Part shown: in pieces, positions 12,442-24,510 of the stretch
Layout: every line of letters starts with the position of its first letter
How positions within the stretch are numbered: position 1 is the stretch's first letter
Source: Scyliorhinus canicula
Lineage: Eukaryota
Length of the DNA stretch: 64,000 nt
Assembly: GCF_902713615.1 (NCBI RefSeq)
Contig: NC_052166.1
Span: 20,025,731 to 20,089,730 of the forward strand
Reading direction: 5' to 3'
Made by a program: the position numbers and the translations under genes
The notes under the pieces: generated by a model
Database searches by the model: none
What the model was told of the DNA's origin: nothing
Seen by the model: only the letters and a program-made list of their open reading frames with translations

Positions 12442-14491
12442 TTTAGGTACCATCACTATGGGTGAGCTCCATTGGCTGCAACCCACTTCAATTATGCCAT
12501 TTTTAAACATACTCTCAATCTCTTGGTTAACCTGTGCCAATTTTAAAGGGTTAAGTCTGTATGGATGCTGTTTGATTGGAACAGCATTTCCCACATCTAC
12601 ATCATGTATAGCCATTTTAGTACTTCCCAATTTATCTCTACAAATATGCCCATATGATATCAATAACTCTTTCAGGTCAGTCCGTTTTTCCTCTGGAAAG
12701 TAACTCAACAATTTATCCCAATTTTTAAGATCATCCTCATTTTCGAATTTAATTTGAGGTGTGTCAAATTCACAGTCATCTGGATTTGGTTTATCACATT
12801 TAGTTAGAATTATTAAAACCTTTTTCTCTCCTTCCCTTTCAAAGTACCTTTTAAGCACATTCACATGACACACTGAGTCTTCCTTCTATCTGGTGTTTTT
12901 ACCATATAATTCACCTCTTAATTTTCTTTCAATCTGATAAGGTCACAAAACCTAGCTTTTAAAGGTTCACCTACCACTGGTAACAACACTAAAACTTTAT
13001 CTCCATAGGCAAAACTACAAACTTTGCATTTCTTGTCTGCTACCCTTTGCATCACATTTTGTGCAACTTTTAAATGTTGTCTAGCCAATTTACCTGCTCT
13101 ATTTAATTGTTCCCTAAAATTTGACATGTAATCCAATAATGTAATTTCTGATTTCTCACTCACCGATTTTTCCTTAATCAGTTTAAGTGATCCTCTTACC
13201 TCATGACCAAAAATTAGTTCAAAAGGACTTGAATTTGGTTGACTCATTTGGTGCATCCCTAATTGCAAACAGTACGAATGGAATTCCTTTATCCCAATCC
13301 GGTAGATAATCATGACAATAAGCCCTCAACATTGTCTTTAATGTCTGATGCCACCTTTCTAACGCTCCCTGCGATTCTGGATGGTTGATTTAAATTGTTT
13401 TATTCCTAAGCAATCCATAACTTCTTTGAATAACCTCGAGGCAAAATTTGATCCTTGATCACATTGTATTTCTGTGGGTAGTCCATATCTAGTAAGGAAT
13501 TTAAGTAACTCCTCCACAATATTTTTAGTTGTAATATTACGTACTGGAATGGCCTCTGGAAACCTAGTAGACACATCCATTATCGTCAAAAGATATTGAT
13601 TCCCACTTTTTGTTTTAGTTAGTGGTCCTACGCAATCAATTAGGACCCTTGTAAAAGGTCCTCAAATGCTGCAATGGGTATTAAGGGTGCTGGTTTTATC
13701 ACTGCTTGAGGTTTCCCTATCACTTGATATGTGTGACATGATTGACAAAATTTAACTACATCTTTATGTAGTCCAGGCCAATGAAAATGTTTTTGTATTT
13801 TAGCTTGAGTTTTCCTTTTTCCCAAATGACCTCCCACTAGTACCTCATGTGCAACTCGCAACACCTCCTTTCTATACTACCGGCAATGATGAACTTCTGC
13901 CCACTTTTCATCTACCTGCAAATGTAAAGGTCTCCACTTCTCATCAAGACATTACTTTTACGGTAATAACACTCTGGTAATACACTCAGTTTCCTCTTCC
14001 ATATATGCTTTCTGATACATCCGTTTTATTTCTGTATCGTTCTGCCAATTTTCCTGAACTAAAAATATCCGCCTCACCCTCCACCTGTTCTTGTTCTTTG
14101 TCAACCATCTGATCAAAAATCGTTTCGGATAATAGCACTTCACCTTCATCTTCACTCTTTGATTTCTCCTCTTGTCTTAACCTGTGACTTTGCGACCTTG
14201 TTACCACACAGTCTGGAAAAATCCCAGGATATTCATCCTTCAACTCTTCAGTTGTCTGGTTTTCCATTGGCTTATCAACCGCAATAGGCATCGCTCCCAC
14301 CTGCGATCCAGCTATATCATTACCCAAGATAAACTGTATTCCTGGACAAGATAGTTTCTCTATTATTCCTACTACCACATCACCACTCTTCACTGGATTT
14401 TCCAACCTTACCTTATATAATTGAACACTACTCCTCACCCTGAATTCCACATATTACCACCTTTTCTGGCAACATTCTTCCCAGACTACAT

Positions 14492-14832
14492 ATCATAGAA
14501 TTTACAGTGCAGAAGAAGGAGGCCATTTGGCACATCGAATCTGCACCGGCCCTAGGAAAGGGCACCCTACTTAAACCAACACATCCACCATATCCCTGTA
14601 ACCCAGTAACTCTACCCACCCTTTTTGGACACTAAGGGAAATTCATCATGGCCAATCCACCTAGCCTGCACTTCTTTGGACTGTGGGAGGAAACCGGAGC
14701 ACCTGGAGGAAACCCACGCAGACACGGAGAGAACGCGCAGACTCCGCACAGACAGTGACCCAGTCGGGAATCGAACCTGGAACCCTGGAGCTGTGAAGCA
14801 ATTGTGCTAACCACTATGCTACCATGCCGCCC
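14492..14832 (-). mobile_element. Long V-SINE inserted in the Gypsy protease region
   Basis: Full head-to-tail match with the other long V-SINE copies. Confidence 0.9.
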
Positions 14833-16408
14833 AAATCTCCTCATCTCTTACCATTAAAGATTGACTCCTGTATCTCTAAAAATTGTGACTTCTTTACCTG
14901 CTCCTCCTGATACACGAGTAAACTTTACCCACACAAATAAATTCTTCAAAGAGATCTGGCACCTTCTTATCAATCACCTCTTGATCAGGCCGTACAATCT
15001 TTTGCACCTCCTTCGCTTCACTTGGGCTTTCCTTTACCACTTTAACAAACCCCACGGTCTTATCCTGCTTTACCACATCAGCCTTCCCAGTGCTTTTCTT
15101 CAACCACCAACACTGACTTTACATGGCCTAGTTTATTACAGTGAAAACATTTGAAATTTTTCATTTCTTTTCCACCCTCCTGGATTTCTTTTTTAATCTG
15201 AGATACACTCTCCTTATTATCTCCCATCAGATCACCTTTACCACTTGAGTATTTCTCATGACCCCAGTTTCTACCCTCACAGGCTGAAACTGATGTCGGA
15301 AACCAAGCTTTGATTTATGAACTAATTCATAATCATCTGCCATTTCTGCTGCTAATCTCAGTTTTAACCCTCTGCTCTTCCAAATGAATTATCACTACAT
15401 CAGGAATTGAATTTTTAAACTCCTCCAAAAGCATAATTTCTCTGAGAGCTTCATACTTTTGGTCTATTTTCAAAGCCCTTATCCACCTATCAAAATTACT
15501 CTGTTTGATCCCTTCAAATTCCATGTATGTTTGACCAAATTCTTTCCTTAAATTTCTAAACCTTTGTCTGTAGGCTTCAGGCACTAGTTCATAATCATCT
15601 AAGCTAGATTTTTTCACCTCCTCATACGTCCCAGATACCTCCTCCGGTAGTGATGCAAACACTTTACTAGCCCTACCTACCAGCTTTATTTGAATCAGTA
15701 ATATCCACGTCATTTCATTTGTTTAGCTACCTTCTCAAATGAAATGAAAAAGGCTTCTACCTCCTCGGCAAACCTTGGCAATGCTCGGACATATTTAAAT
15801 AGATTCCCACCAAGCCTTCGATTTTGATGCTCTTTCTCACTATCAACTGTACGTTTCCCTTTACGTCTGCCAATTTTAATGACTTGTCATGTTTCATGGC
15901 CATTTTCTGAAGTTCAGACTCTCTCTATTTATCTTTTTCCTAGATCTGTATCTCCCTTTCTCTTTCTTTTTCTTCTGCTAGGGCTATTCTTTCTGTTTTC
16001 CTTTCGTCTCTCTTTTTCCTCTCTCTTTCGTATTCAAGCTGCTTTAATTCTCTCATGTTCCATTTGTTTAATTTGTAACTGAATTTTTGCTACTTCTAAT
16101 GAGTCAAACTGTATCTCAGGCAACTTCAAATGCGTAGCCACCACCATAATGACCTCACCTTTTCGCATTTTGTCAGGTAATGTTAACTGCAATGTTTTTG
16201 CCAAATCTAACAGTCTGCTTTTAGTTTCTGTCCGTAAGGTACTGCGTGTGACTGTCTCCACCCCCAAAAAATTTGGAACATCTGAAAGAGCCATTGTCCA
16301 CAACACACTTTCTACTTAAACTAGAATTCCACACCTGAAAAGTACCTACAATATGCTCACCCCTCACTGTCTTTAAGTTCACTAAGCCAATCCAATAGAT
16401 AGACTTTT

Positions 16409-16426
16409 ATCCTGGACGAGCCCCCA
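16409..16426 (-). promoter_or_regulatory. Primer-binding site for tRNA-Pro
   Basis: TGGGGGCTCGTCCAGGAT starts after a 3-nt spacer following the LTR end; 17/18 match to the canonical tRNA-Pro PBS TGGGGGCTCGTCCGGGAT. Confidence 0.9.
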
Positions 16427-16429
16427 ATT

Positions 16430-17037
16430 TGTTATGGGCCAGGGTTTAGAGAACCCCAAAGTGTATCATGGAGTTCACCTGACCCACAACTTTTAATAGA
16501 TTGTGGTATGGGGAGCACACGACCCACTCTACAGGTGTGGTACAGCAGAAATGGAAAAGTATTTTTTTTAAAGCAAAACAATGTTTATTCTATGAACTCA
16601 AGTTAACTGTTTTTAAACACACAGTGAACATCTCAGCAACCATTAATTCAAATACAACCCCCAAAGAATACAACACTAACTAAACCTTTAACCTTTCCTT
16701 TTAACATCCATTAGACTTAAAACACCGTTTACCAGAAGCGCACCAGGTTAAAGTCACTACTGTTATTAGTTTTAAATCACCAGGATCGATTTAGTCATTA
16801 GATTAGAGAGAGAGATTCATACACCTTCTGGCTGTGACTGCAGCTATCCAGCTCTGAAAATGAAACTAAAACACACCCTGCAGCAAACAGCCTAAAACGA
16901 AAGTAAAAAGCCGACAGACAGCCCAGCTCCACCCACTCTCTAATATCACTGTAGTAGTAAACACTCATTTCTTGAAGGTACTCTTCACTGCAGATATTTA
17001 TATACACACCATTTCTTAAAGGTACTCTCACATGACA
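16430..17037 (-). repeat. 5' LTR of the Gmr1-like element (608 bp)
   Basis: Begins TGTCATGTGAGAG, ends GGCCCATAACA, contains AATAAA; homologous to 47548-48173. Confidence 0.9.
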
Positions 17038-17571
17038 GAAGATTAAATTGAACTGCCTTGTGTTGTGACTATTGGGAGAATCAGCAATAGTGCAGTGAGA
17101 CTGAGCTCTCACCCAATGTTTCTCCACAAGCTGCTTTGGTTTGGTTACAGGAGTACAGAATGTTGGCTACCCACCAGAAATGAGGCCTTCCCGATGCTTT
17201 GAAAACATTTCAGCCACCTTGTTGAACGTTTTCCAGTATCTGTCAGATCTGGTCAAGTTTTAAATGAACTTGTTGATTAAGTGATGCACTTCGCCCATGA
17301 TTGTGACTGGCCAAGTCGACCATTTTGTTTAAACCTCTTCTGCTTTTGAGGCCCTCCTTAAACCCCACGTATTTAACCAAGGCTTGAACTCCACTATAAC
17401 TCAAACGTCCTTTCTTTTTTCAAAATAGACCGCTGAAGTTCTTCAAGATCCTACTGCCCTTTGAAGGAGCACCTGTGGCTCGATGGTAGCACAATATCTA
17501 GGCTGACACTTCACTGAAGTGCTGAGAAAGTGCTGCACTGTTAGACGTGTCATTTTTCAGCTAAGGTATAA

Positions 17572-18350
17572 AATCAAGATAAAAGCAAATTACTGCGGAT
17601 TCTGGAATCTGAAACAAAAGCAGAAAATCCTGGACAATTCAAACAAGTCTGACAGCATCTGTGGAGAGAGAAGAGAGCGAACATCTGGAGCCTGGAACAA
17701 CTTTTGTCAAAGTTGAAGAGAACTGGAAATAAGGTCAGATTTATACTGTTGTTGGGAGTGGTGGGGGTGTGTGGAGCAGTGGGGCTGGATAGATGATCAG
17801 TGATTGGTGGAAATTGACAGATGTTGTGGGCAGAAAGACAAAGCGAATGTAAGCGGTGCAGATAATGACTAAGAAGGGTGCCGATAGTGGCACATTAAGC
17901 GATCAGAATATGTTAAAGGAAGAACAAAAGTGAGCAGTGTGTCAAAGGACAACTTAGAACAGGGAGCAGATGACCGGGGTGGGGTGAGAGGAGGGAGGAC
18001 AATGGTGAGGGGAAAACAGATTGATGGAAGGAATTAAAATAAATTGATAGAAATAAAAATGGGGTGAAGGTGGAGGAGAGAGTTCACAGTCTGAGGTTGT
18101 CGAACTCAATGTTAACTCCGGAAGGCTGTAACGTGCCTAACCAGAAGATGAGGTGCTGGGCTTCACTGGAACACTGCAGCAGGCCAAGGACAGACATATG
18201 GACATGAGAATGGGATGGTGAGTTGAAATGGCAAGCGACAGGAAGGCCTGGGTTCTGCTTGTGGTCAGATCGAAGGTGTTCTGCAAAGCGGTCAGTCAGT
18301 CTGTCTTCAGACTCTCCAGTGTAGAGTAGACCGCATGTAGAGCAATGTAG
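17572..18350 (-). mobile_element. Penelope-like element 3' portion (GIY-YIG endonuclease C-terminus plus terminal repeat)
   Basis: CSTCGLLYTGES...RFAEHLRS...PVACHFNSPSH...LGTLQPSGVN in ORF 18084-18395. Confidence 0.85.
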
Positions 18351-18482
18351 AGAAGATTTATTAAACCCAGGAGCCTTGTCTGCCGTCTCGGGCACAATTT
18401 TGAAGAAGGGTTGGTGAAGGGCGGGTTTCTCCCTTGTACTCTGGTCAATATCAATTCTTCAATTAACAGTGCTCAAAAAGGG

Positions 18483-18846
18483 GGTGCCGGCACCAGAGCA
18501 AAGAAAAATGGCGATCAGGTATCCGATGGCGGTTGGCTTGCGCAAAGGTCACCCTGTAACCAAGAATGAGCCCGCTCCAAGGCAGAGCCTAACCAAGCTT
18601 GTCAGAGATCTGATCCGTGAGGACTGTGGTTTTTCTCCCTATGAAAGGCGTGCAATGGAATTGCTGAAGGTCTCTAAAGACAAGCGTGCACTCAAATTCA
18701 TCAAAAAGCGAGTTGGCACTCACATCCGTGCATAGAGGAAGAGGGAAGAACTCAGAAATGTGCTGGCAGCAATGAGAAAGGAAGCTGCAAAGAAAGATTA
18801 ATCTGTACAAAGTTGCTACCATTAAAGTTATTTCAAAGTAAAAAAA
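18483..18846 (+). pseudogene. RPL36: Processed pseudogene of 60S ribosomal protein L36
   Basis: Intronless [11 protein letters not shown]...[35 protein letters not shown]...AAKKD* (ATG 18508, internal TAG 18733-18735, TAA 18799-18801); short in-frame deletions; ATTAAA 18821-18826; A-tail; TSD aacagtgctcaaaaaggg at 18465-18482 and 18847-18864. Confidence 0.95.
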
Positions 18847-19126
18847 AACAGTGCTCAAAAAGGGCAGCACAGTGGAGCAGTGATTAAAACTGCTGCCTCA
18901 TGGACTTCCGGTTGCGGCTATGCGGAGCTAAGCCGCACGTTCGGCAGCTCCCGCCAGGAACGGACTTTTGGGCTCTTTTAAGGGCCCCCAGCGGTACTTG
19001 CTCGACGGTTCCCGACGTGGGAAGGTGTCTGCAGCGGATCCCCAATGGTCTATGGTCTTGACCAGGAGCGGGGCCAGCAGAATAGCGGTGGCAGCGCCTA
19101 AGAAAAAGCGGGGGAAGAGAATCAAG

Positions 19127-19877
19127 ATGGCGGCCGGCGGAGGCCTCGAGGAATGGAGGCAGTGGGCGCAGGTGCAGCAGGAGACCCTCCAGCGCTGTTT
19201 TCAGGAGCTCAGAGTGGAGCTGCTGGACTCGCTGAAGGTGTATACGGACAAGCTGCTGGCGATGCAGACAGCCTAGGGGGTGGAGATCCGGGAGCTCCGA
19301 CAACAAGCCTCCGAAAGAGAGGATGAGGCTGCGGCCCTCGCGGTAAAGGTGGAGATGCACGAGGCGCTGCACAAAAAGTGGAAGGAGCGGTTCGAGGAGA
19401 TGGAGAACCGGTCGAGGCGGAAAAATTTGCGGATCCTGGGCCTCACGGAGGGGCTGGAAGGGTCAGACCTGGGGGCCTATGTGGTCGTCTTGTTGAACTC
19501 GCTGATGGGAGTTGGGTCCTTCCAGGGGCCCACAGAATACTGGCCAGCAGGCCCAAACCGAATGAGTCGCCACGGGCGGTGCTGGTGCGGTTCCACTGGT
19601 TCGTTGACCGAGAGTGTGTGCTTAGGTGGGCCAAGAAGGAGCGGAGCAGCAAGTGGGAGAACACAGTAGTGCGGATCTACCAGGACTGGAGTGCAGAGTG
19701 GCCAAGCGGAGGGCCGGTTACAACCAGACGAAGGCGGTGCTCCACAGAAAGAGTGTGAAGTTTGGCATGTTACAGCCGGCACGTCTGTGGGTCACCTACA
19801 AGGACCGGCACTTTTATTTTGAGTCCCCGGAGGAGGCGTGGGCCTTTGTGCGGGCCAAGAAGTTGGACTCTGACTGA
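19127..19877 (+). pseudogene. L1 ORF1p (coiled coil, RRM, CTD), disrupted
   Basis: MENRSRRKNLRILGLTEG, PRAVLVRF, VRIYQD, KFGMLQPARLWVT; TAG at 19274-19276 and two frameshifts. Confidence 0.9.
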
Positions 19878-20436
19878 GGGTCGGGGGTTTGTAAATAACT
19901 GTGTTAACTTTTGGTGGGAAGGATCTTTGTTTTATGCTGTTTCATGCTGTTTTAAGCTGGTTGTGGGTTGTTTCTAGGGTGGATGGGGTGCTGTCTTTTC
20001 TTGCTTGGGCGGGGTCGGGCAGAGGGAAAGCGCGGGCTTTTCTTCTGTTTCCAGCGCTGAGTGTGGATGGGGGCGGGGTCGGAGCTGAGAAGCGCGGGCT
20101 TTTTTCCCGCGCAAGAGCGGGAGGGAGAGGGGGAGGAGGAGGGTCTGCTGATGGGTCTGGTAGAGGAGGAGTAGCCCCACGTTGGGAGGGGTCGGAGGTG
20201 TAGCGGGGGGTGCTGGGGTCAGCAGAAGTCAGCTGGCTCACGGGAGTGCTACGAAGGGAGTTACGCGGCTGGGAGGGGTCCTAGCCTTGGGGGGGGGGGG
20301 GGGGGGGGTACCGGGTTGCTGCTGAAATGGCCAGGAAGGAGCTGGAGTCTGCAGGGGGGGGCCGGGGTGGGGGTTTGCCACCGTGGGGAACGGGCCGAGC
20401 GAGGGGCACTGGCCTGGGGCGGGCAGGGGACGGGTT

Positions 20437-23400
20437 ATGGCTAATCGGCAGGGGAGAGGGGCAGGGAGCCCTCTGATCCGGCTGATAACTTGGAATGTGA
20501 GGGGGCTGAATGGGCCGGTCAAACGGACCCTGGTGTTTACGCACCTGAAGGCAGACGTGGCTATGCTCCAGGAGATGCACCTGAAGGTGGCGGACCAGGT
20601 TAGACTGAGGAAGGGCTGGGTGGGCCAGGTGTTTCATTCGGGGCTGGATGCAAAAAATCGGGGGGGGGGGGGGGGGGGGGGGAGGGTGGCGATTCTGGTG
20701 GGAAAAAGGGTGTCGTTTGAGGCGTCAAAGGTGGTGGCTGACAGTGGAGTGAGGTATGTGATGGTGAGCGGCAAGTTGCAAGGGGAGCGGGTGGTGCTGG
20801 TGAATGTCTATGCCCCAAATTGGGACAATGCGTGTTTTATGCGGCGTATGCTGGGCCACATTCCGGATCTAGAGCCTGATACTGTACTGGGGGGGGGGGG
20901 GAAATTTAACACAGTGCCTGATACTGGGGGGGGGGGGGGGGGACTTTAACACAGTGCTGGATCCCCCATTGGATCGATCCATGTCCAGGACGGGCAGGAG
21001 GCCTGCCGCGGCTAAGGTGTTGAGGGGGTTTATGGACCAGATGGGAGGGGTGGACCCTTGGAGGTTCGCGAGGCTGAGGGCCAGGGAGTATTCATTTTTT
21101 CCCTACGTGCATAAAGCCTATTCCTGGATCGATTTTTTTTGTCCTGAGCAGGGGGCAGATTTTGAGGGTGAAGGATGTTGAGTATTCGGCCATAGTCATT
21201 TCGGACCATGCCCCGCACTGGGTAGACCTTGAGCTGAGGGAGGAGAGGGACCAGCGCCCGCTCTGGCGCCTGGAGGTGGGACAGCTGGCGGATGAGAAGG
21301 TGGGCGGGCGGGTTCGGGGGTGTATCAAGAGGTACTTAGAGGCCAATGATAATGGGGAGGTCCGGGTGGGGACGGTTTGGGAGGCATTGAAGGCGGTGAT
21401 TGGAGGGAAGTTGATTTCCATCCGAGCCCATAGGGAGAGGGAGAGGTTGGTGGGGGAGATGGTGAGGGTGGACAGGAGATACGCGGAGGCTCCGGAGGAG
21501 GGACTGTTGGGGGAGCGACGTAACCTGCAGGCCAAGTTCGACTTGCTGACCACCGGAAAGGCGGAAGCTCAGTGGAGGAAGGGACAGGGAGCGGTGTACG
21601 AATATGGGGAGAAGGCGAGTAGGATGCTGGCGCATCAGCTACGTAAACGAGACGCGGCCAGGGAGATTGGTGGAGTGACGGATAGGGGAGGCAATGTGGT
21701 GCGAAGGGGGGTGGACATTAATGGGGTCTTCAGGGACTTTTATGGGGAACTGTACCGGTCCGAGCTCCCGGTGGAGGGGGGGGGGGGGGGGAATGGGGCG
21801 CTTCTTGGATAGGCTGAGATTTCTGAAGGTGGAGGATGGACAGGTGGAGGGGCTGGGTGCACCGATTGAGCTGGTCAAAGGGATCGGCAGTATGCAGTCG
21901 GGGAAGGCGCCGGGGCCGGATGGGTTTCCGGTCGAATTTTACAAAATGTATGCAGACCTGTTGGGCCCCCCTGTTGGTTAGGACCTTTAACGAGGCAAGG
22001 GAGGGGGGGGTCTTTGCCCCCGACGATGTCTCGGGCGCTGCTTTCCTTGATCCTTAAGCGGTGTGGATCATATAGGCTGATCTCGTTGTTAAATGTGGAT
22101 GCCAAGCTGTTGGCGAAGATCTTGACCACAAGGATAGAGGACTGTGTGCCGGGGGTCATTCATGAGGACCAGACAGGGTTTGTGAAGGGAAGGCAGCTGA
22201 ACACCAATATATGTAGGCTTCTGAATGTTATAATGATGCCGGCGGTAGAAGGGGAGGCGGAGATAGTGGTAGCATTAGATGCGGAGAAGGCCTTTGATAG
22301 GGTTGAGTGGGGGTACTTGTGGGAGGTGCTGGAAAGGTTTGGGTTCGGCGAGGGGTTTGTCAGTTGGGTGAGGCTGCTATATGAGGCCCCGATGGCGAAC
22401 GTGGCCACGAACAGGAGGTGGTCGGAGTACTTTCGGTTGTACCGTGGGACGAGGCAGGGGTGCCCCCTGTCCCCCTTGCTCTTTGCGTTGGCAATTGAGC
22501 CCCTGGCCATGGCGTTGAGGGAGTCCAGGAATTGGAGGAGTCTGGTACGGGGTGGGGAGGAGCACCGAGTGTCATTATACGCAGATGACTTGTTGCTATA
22601 TGTGGCAGACCCAGTGGGGGCAATGCCGGAGGTGATGCAGATCCTTAGGGAATTTGGGGGCTTTTCTGGGTACAAGCTCAATCTGGGTAAGAGTGAGCTG
22701 TTCGTCATGCACCCGGGGGATCAAGAGGAGGGGATTGGTAGGCTCCTGCTGAAAAGGGCGGGGAGGAGCTTTCGGTACCTGGGAGTCCAGGTGGCTGGGA
22801 GCAGGGGGGCCCTGCACAAGCTCAACCTCACAAGGTTGGTGGAGAAAATGGAGGAGGAGTTCAAAAGATGGGACATGTTGCCGCTGCCGGGCAGGGTGCA
22901 GTCCGTCAAGATGACGGTGCTCCCAAGGTTTTTGTTCCTGTTCTAGTGCTTCCCCATCCTTATCCCGAAGGCCTTTTTTTAGGAGGGTCAATAGGAGTAT
23001 TACGGGATTTGTATGGGCGCATGGGTCTCTGAGGTTGTGAAGGGTGTTTTTAGGGCAGGGCAGGGGTGGGGGGGGCTGGCGTTGCCCAACCTCTGTGGGT
23101 ACTACTGGGCTGCCAACGCAGCGATGGTACGTAAGTGGGTAATGGACGTGGCAGCATGGAAGAGGATGGAGATGGCGTCCTGTGTGGACACGAGCCTGGA
23201 GGTGCTGGTAACGGCGCCGTTGCCGCTCCCTCCAACGAGGTATACCACGAACCCGGTGGCTACCTCAAAATTTGGGGGCAATGGAGACGGCATAGGGGGG
23301 AGGTGGGGGGCTCGATGGAGTCCCCGATACAGGAGAACCACCGGTTTGTTCCAGGGAGCATCGATGGCGGGTTTCTGGGCTGGCATGGTAGGTATTAGGT

Positions 23401-24230
23401 GGTTGAGGGACCTGTTTGTGGATGGGAGGTTCGCGAGCCTGGGTGAGTTAGAGGGGAAGTTTGGGCTCCCCCTGGGGAACATGTTTAGCTACATGCAGGT
23501 TAGGGCATTTGCCAGGCGGCAGGTGGAGGGGTTCCCTATGCTGCCCCCACATAGGGTACGGGACAGGGTGCTCTCCGGGGTGTGGGTTGGAGGGGGGAGG
23601 ATTTTGGACGTGTACCACGTAATGCAGGAGGTGGATGAGGCCTCGGTGGAGGAGCTGAAGGGTAAATGGGAGGAGGAGCTGGGTGAGGAGATTGAGGAGG
23701 GGACGTGGGCGGATGCCCTGGGAAGAGTGAATTCCTCCTCTTCCTGTGCGAGGCTTAGCCTCATACAGTTCAAGGTTCTGCACAGGGCCCACATGACTGG
23801 GATGAGGATGAGTAGGTTTTTCGGGGGCGAAGACAGGTGTGCTAGGTGCTCGGGGAGCCCAGCGAACCACGCCCATATGTTCTGGGCATGCCCAGCGCTG
23901 GGGGTGTTTTGGAAGGGGGTAGCAAGGACGGTGTTGAGGGTGGTAGGATCCAGGGTCAAGCCAGGCTGGGGACTCGCAATTTTTGGGGTTGCAGTGAAGC
24001 CGGGAGTGCAGGAGGCGAAAGAGGCCAGAGTTCTGGCCTTTGCGTCCCTAGTAGCCCGGCGGAGGATCTTGCTTCAATGGAAGGATGCGAGGCCCTCAAG
24101 TGTGGAGGCCTGGATCAATGACATGGCGGGGTTCATCAAGTTGGAGAAGGTGAAATTTGCCCTGAGAGGATCAGTACAGGGGTTCTTTAGGCGGTGGCAG
24201 CCTTTCCTGGACTTCCTGGCAGAACGGTAG
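20437..24230 (+). pseudogene. L1 ORF2p (APE endonuclease, RT, CCHC), disrupted
   Basis: TWNVRGLN, VNVYAPN, GDFN, SDH; LDAEKAFDRV, RQGCPLSP, YADD; CARC...NHAHMFWAC. Frameshifts mostly at poly-G runs; TAG at 22944-22946. Confidence 0.93.
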
Positions 24231-24510
24231 GATAATGGGCCAGCAGCAGCAGCAACCCGGGGGGTGGGGGGGAGAGGATGGGAGAAGGGGGGGGTTTGTT
24301 TCGGGGGAAGGGAGAAATGTGTATATTTGTTTATGGGATATGCCAGGTGTTTATCTGTCTCTCCTTTTTGTAGTTACTGGGAGGGGGGGGGGGGTTGGTT
24401 TTGGGGGTTAGTGTGTTTTTCTTTTTGTTGTTGTTAATATTGTTTTCTTGTTGTTATTTTCTGTTTTGGATATGTTTTTGAAAACCTCAATAAAAATTAT
24501 TTTAAAAAAA

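Larger units (their letters stand above)
10277..17037 (-). mobile_element. Gmr1-like Ty3/Gypsy LTR retrotransposon, 3'-truncated and decayed (LTR-PBS-gag-PR-IN-RT)
   Basis: LTR 16430-17037 (TGT...ACA); PBS 16409-16426; gag from ATG about 16294 with SCAN-like region and CFHCNKLGH knuckle (about 15120-15150); RDTG protease motif about 14870; integrase HHCC (13640-13864) and core (13359-13589); RT PIKQHPYR...SPIVMVPK|PDGTQRLCVDYRKVN...LDLLKGYWQVPL. Confidence 0.92.
18904..24510 (+). mobile_element. Full-length L1-clade (L1/Tx1-like) non-LTR retrotransposon
   Basis: 5' UTR, ORF1, about 560-bp spacer, ORF2, 3' UTR with AATAAA and A-tail; TSD aaaactgctgcctcatgg at 18886-18903 and 24508-24525. Confidence 0.95.

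Noticed and set aside
18469-18735. Functional RPL36 gene
   Set aside because: No introns, a premature TAG, deletions, an A-tail and TSDs.
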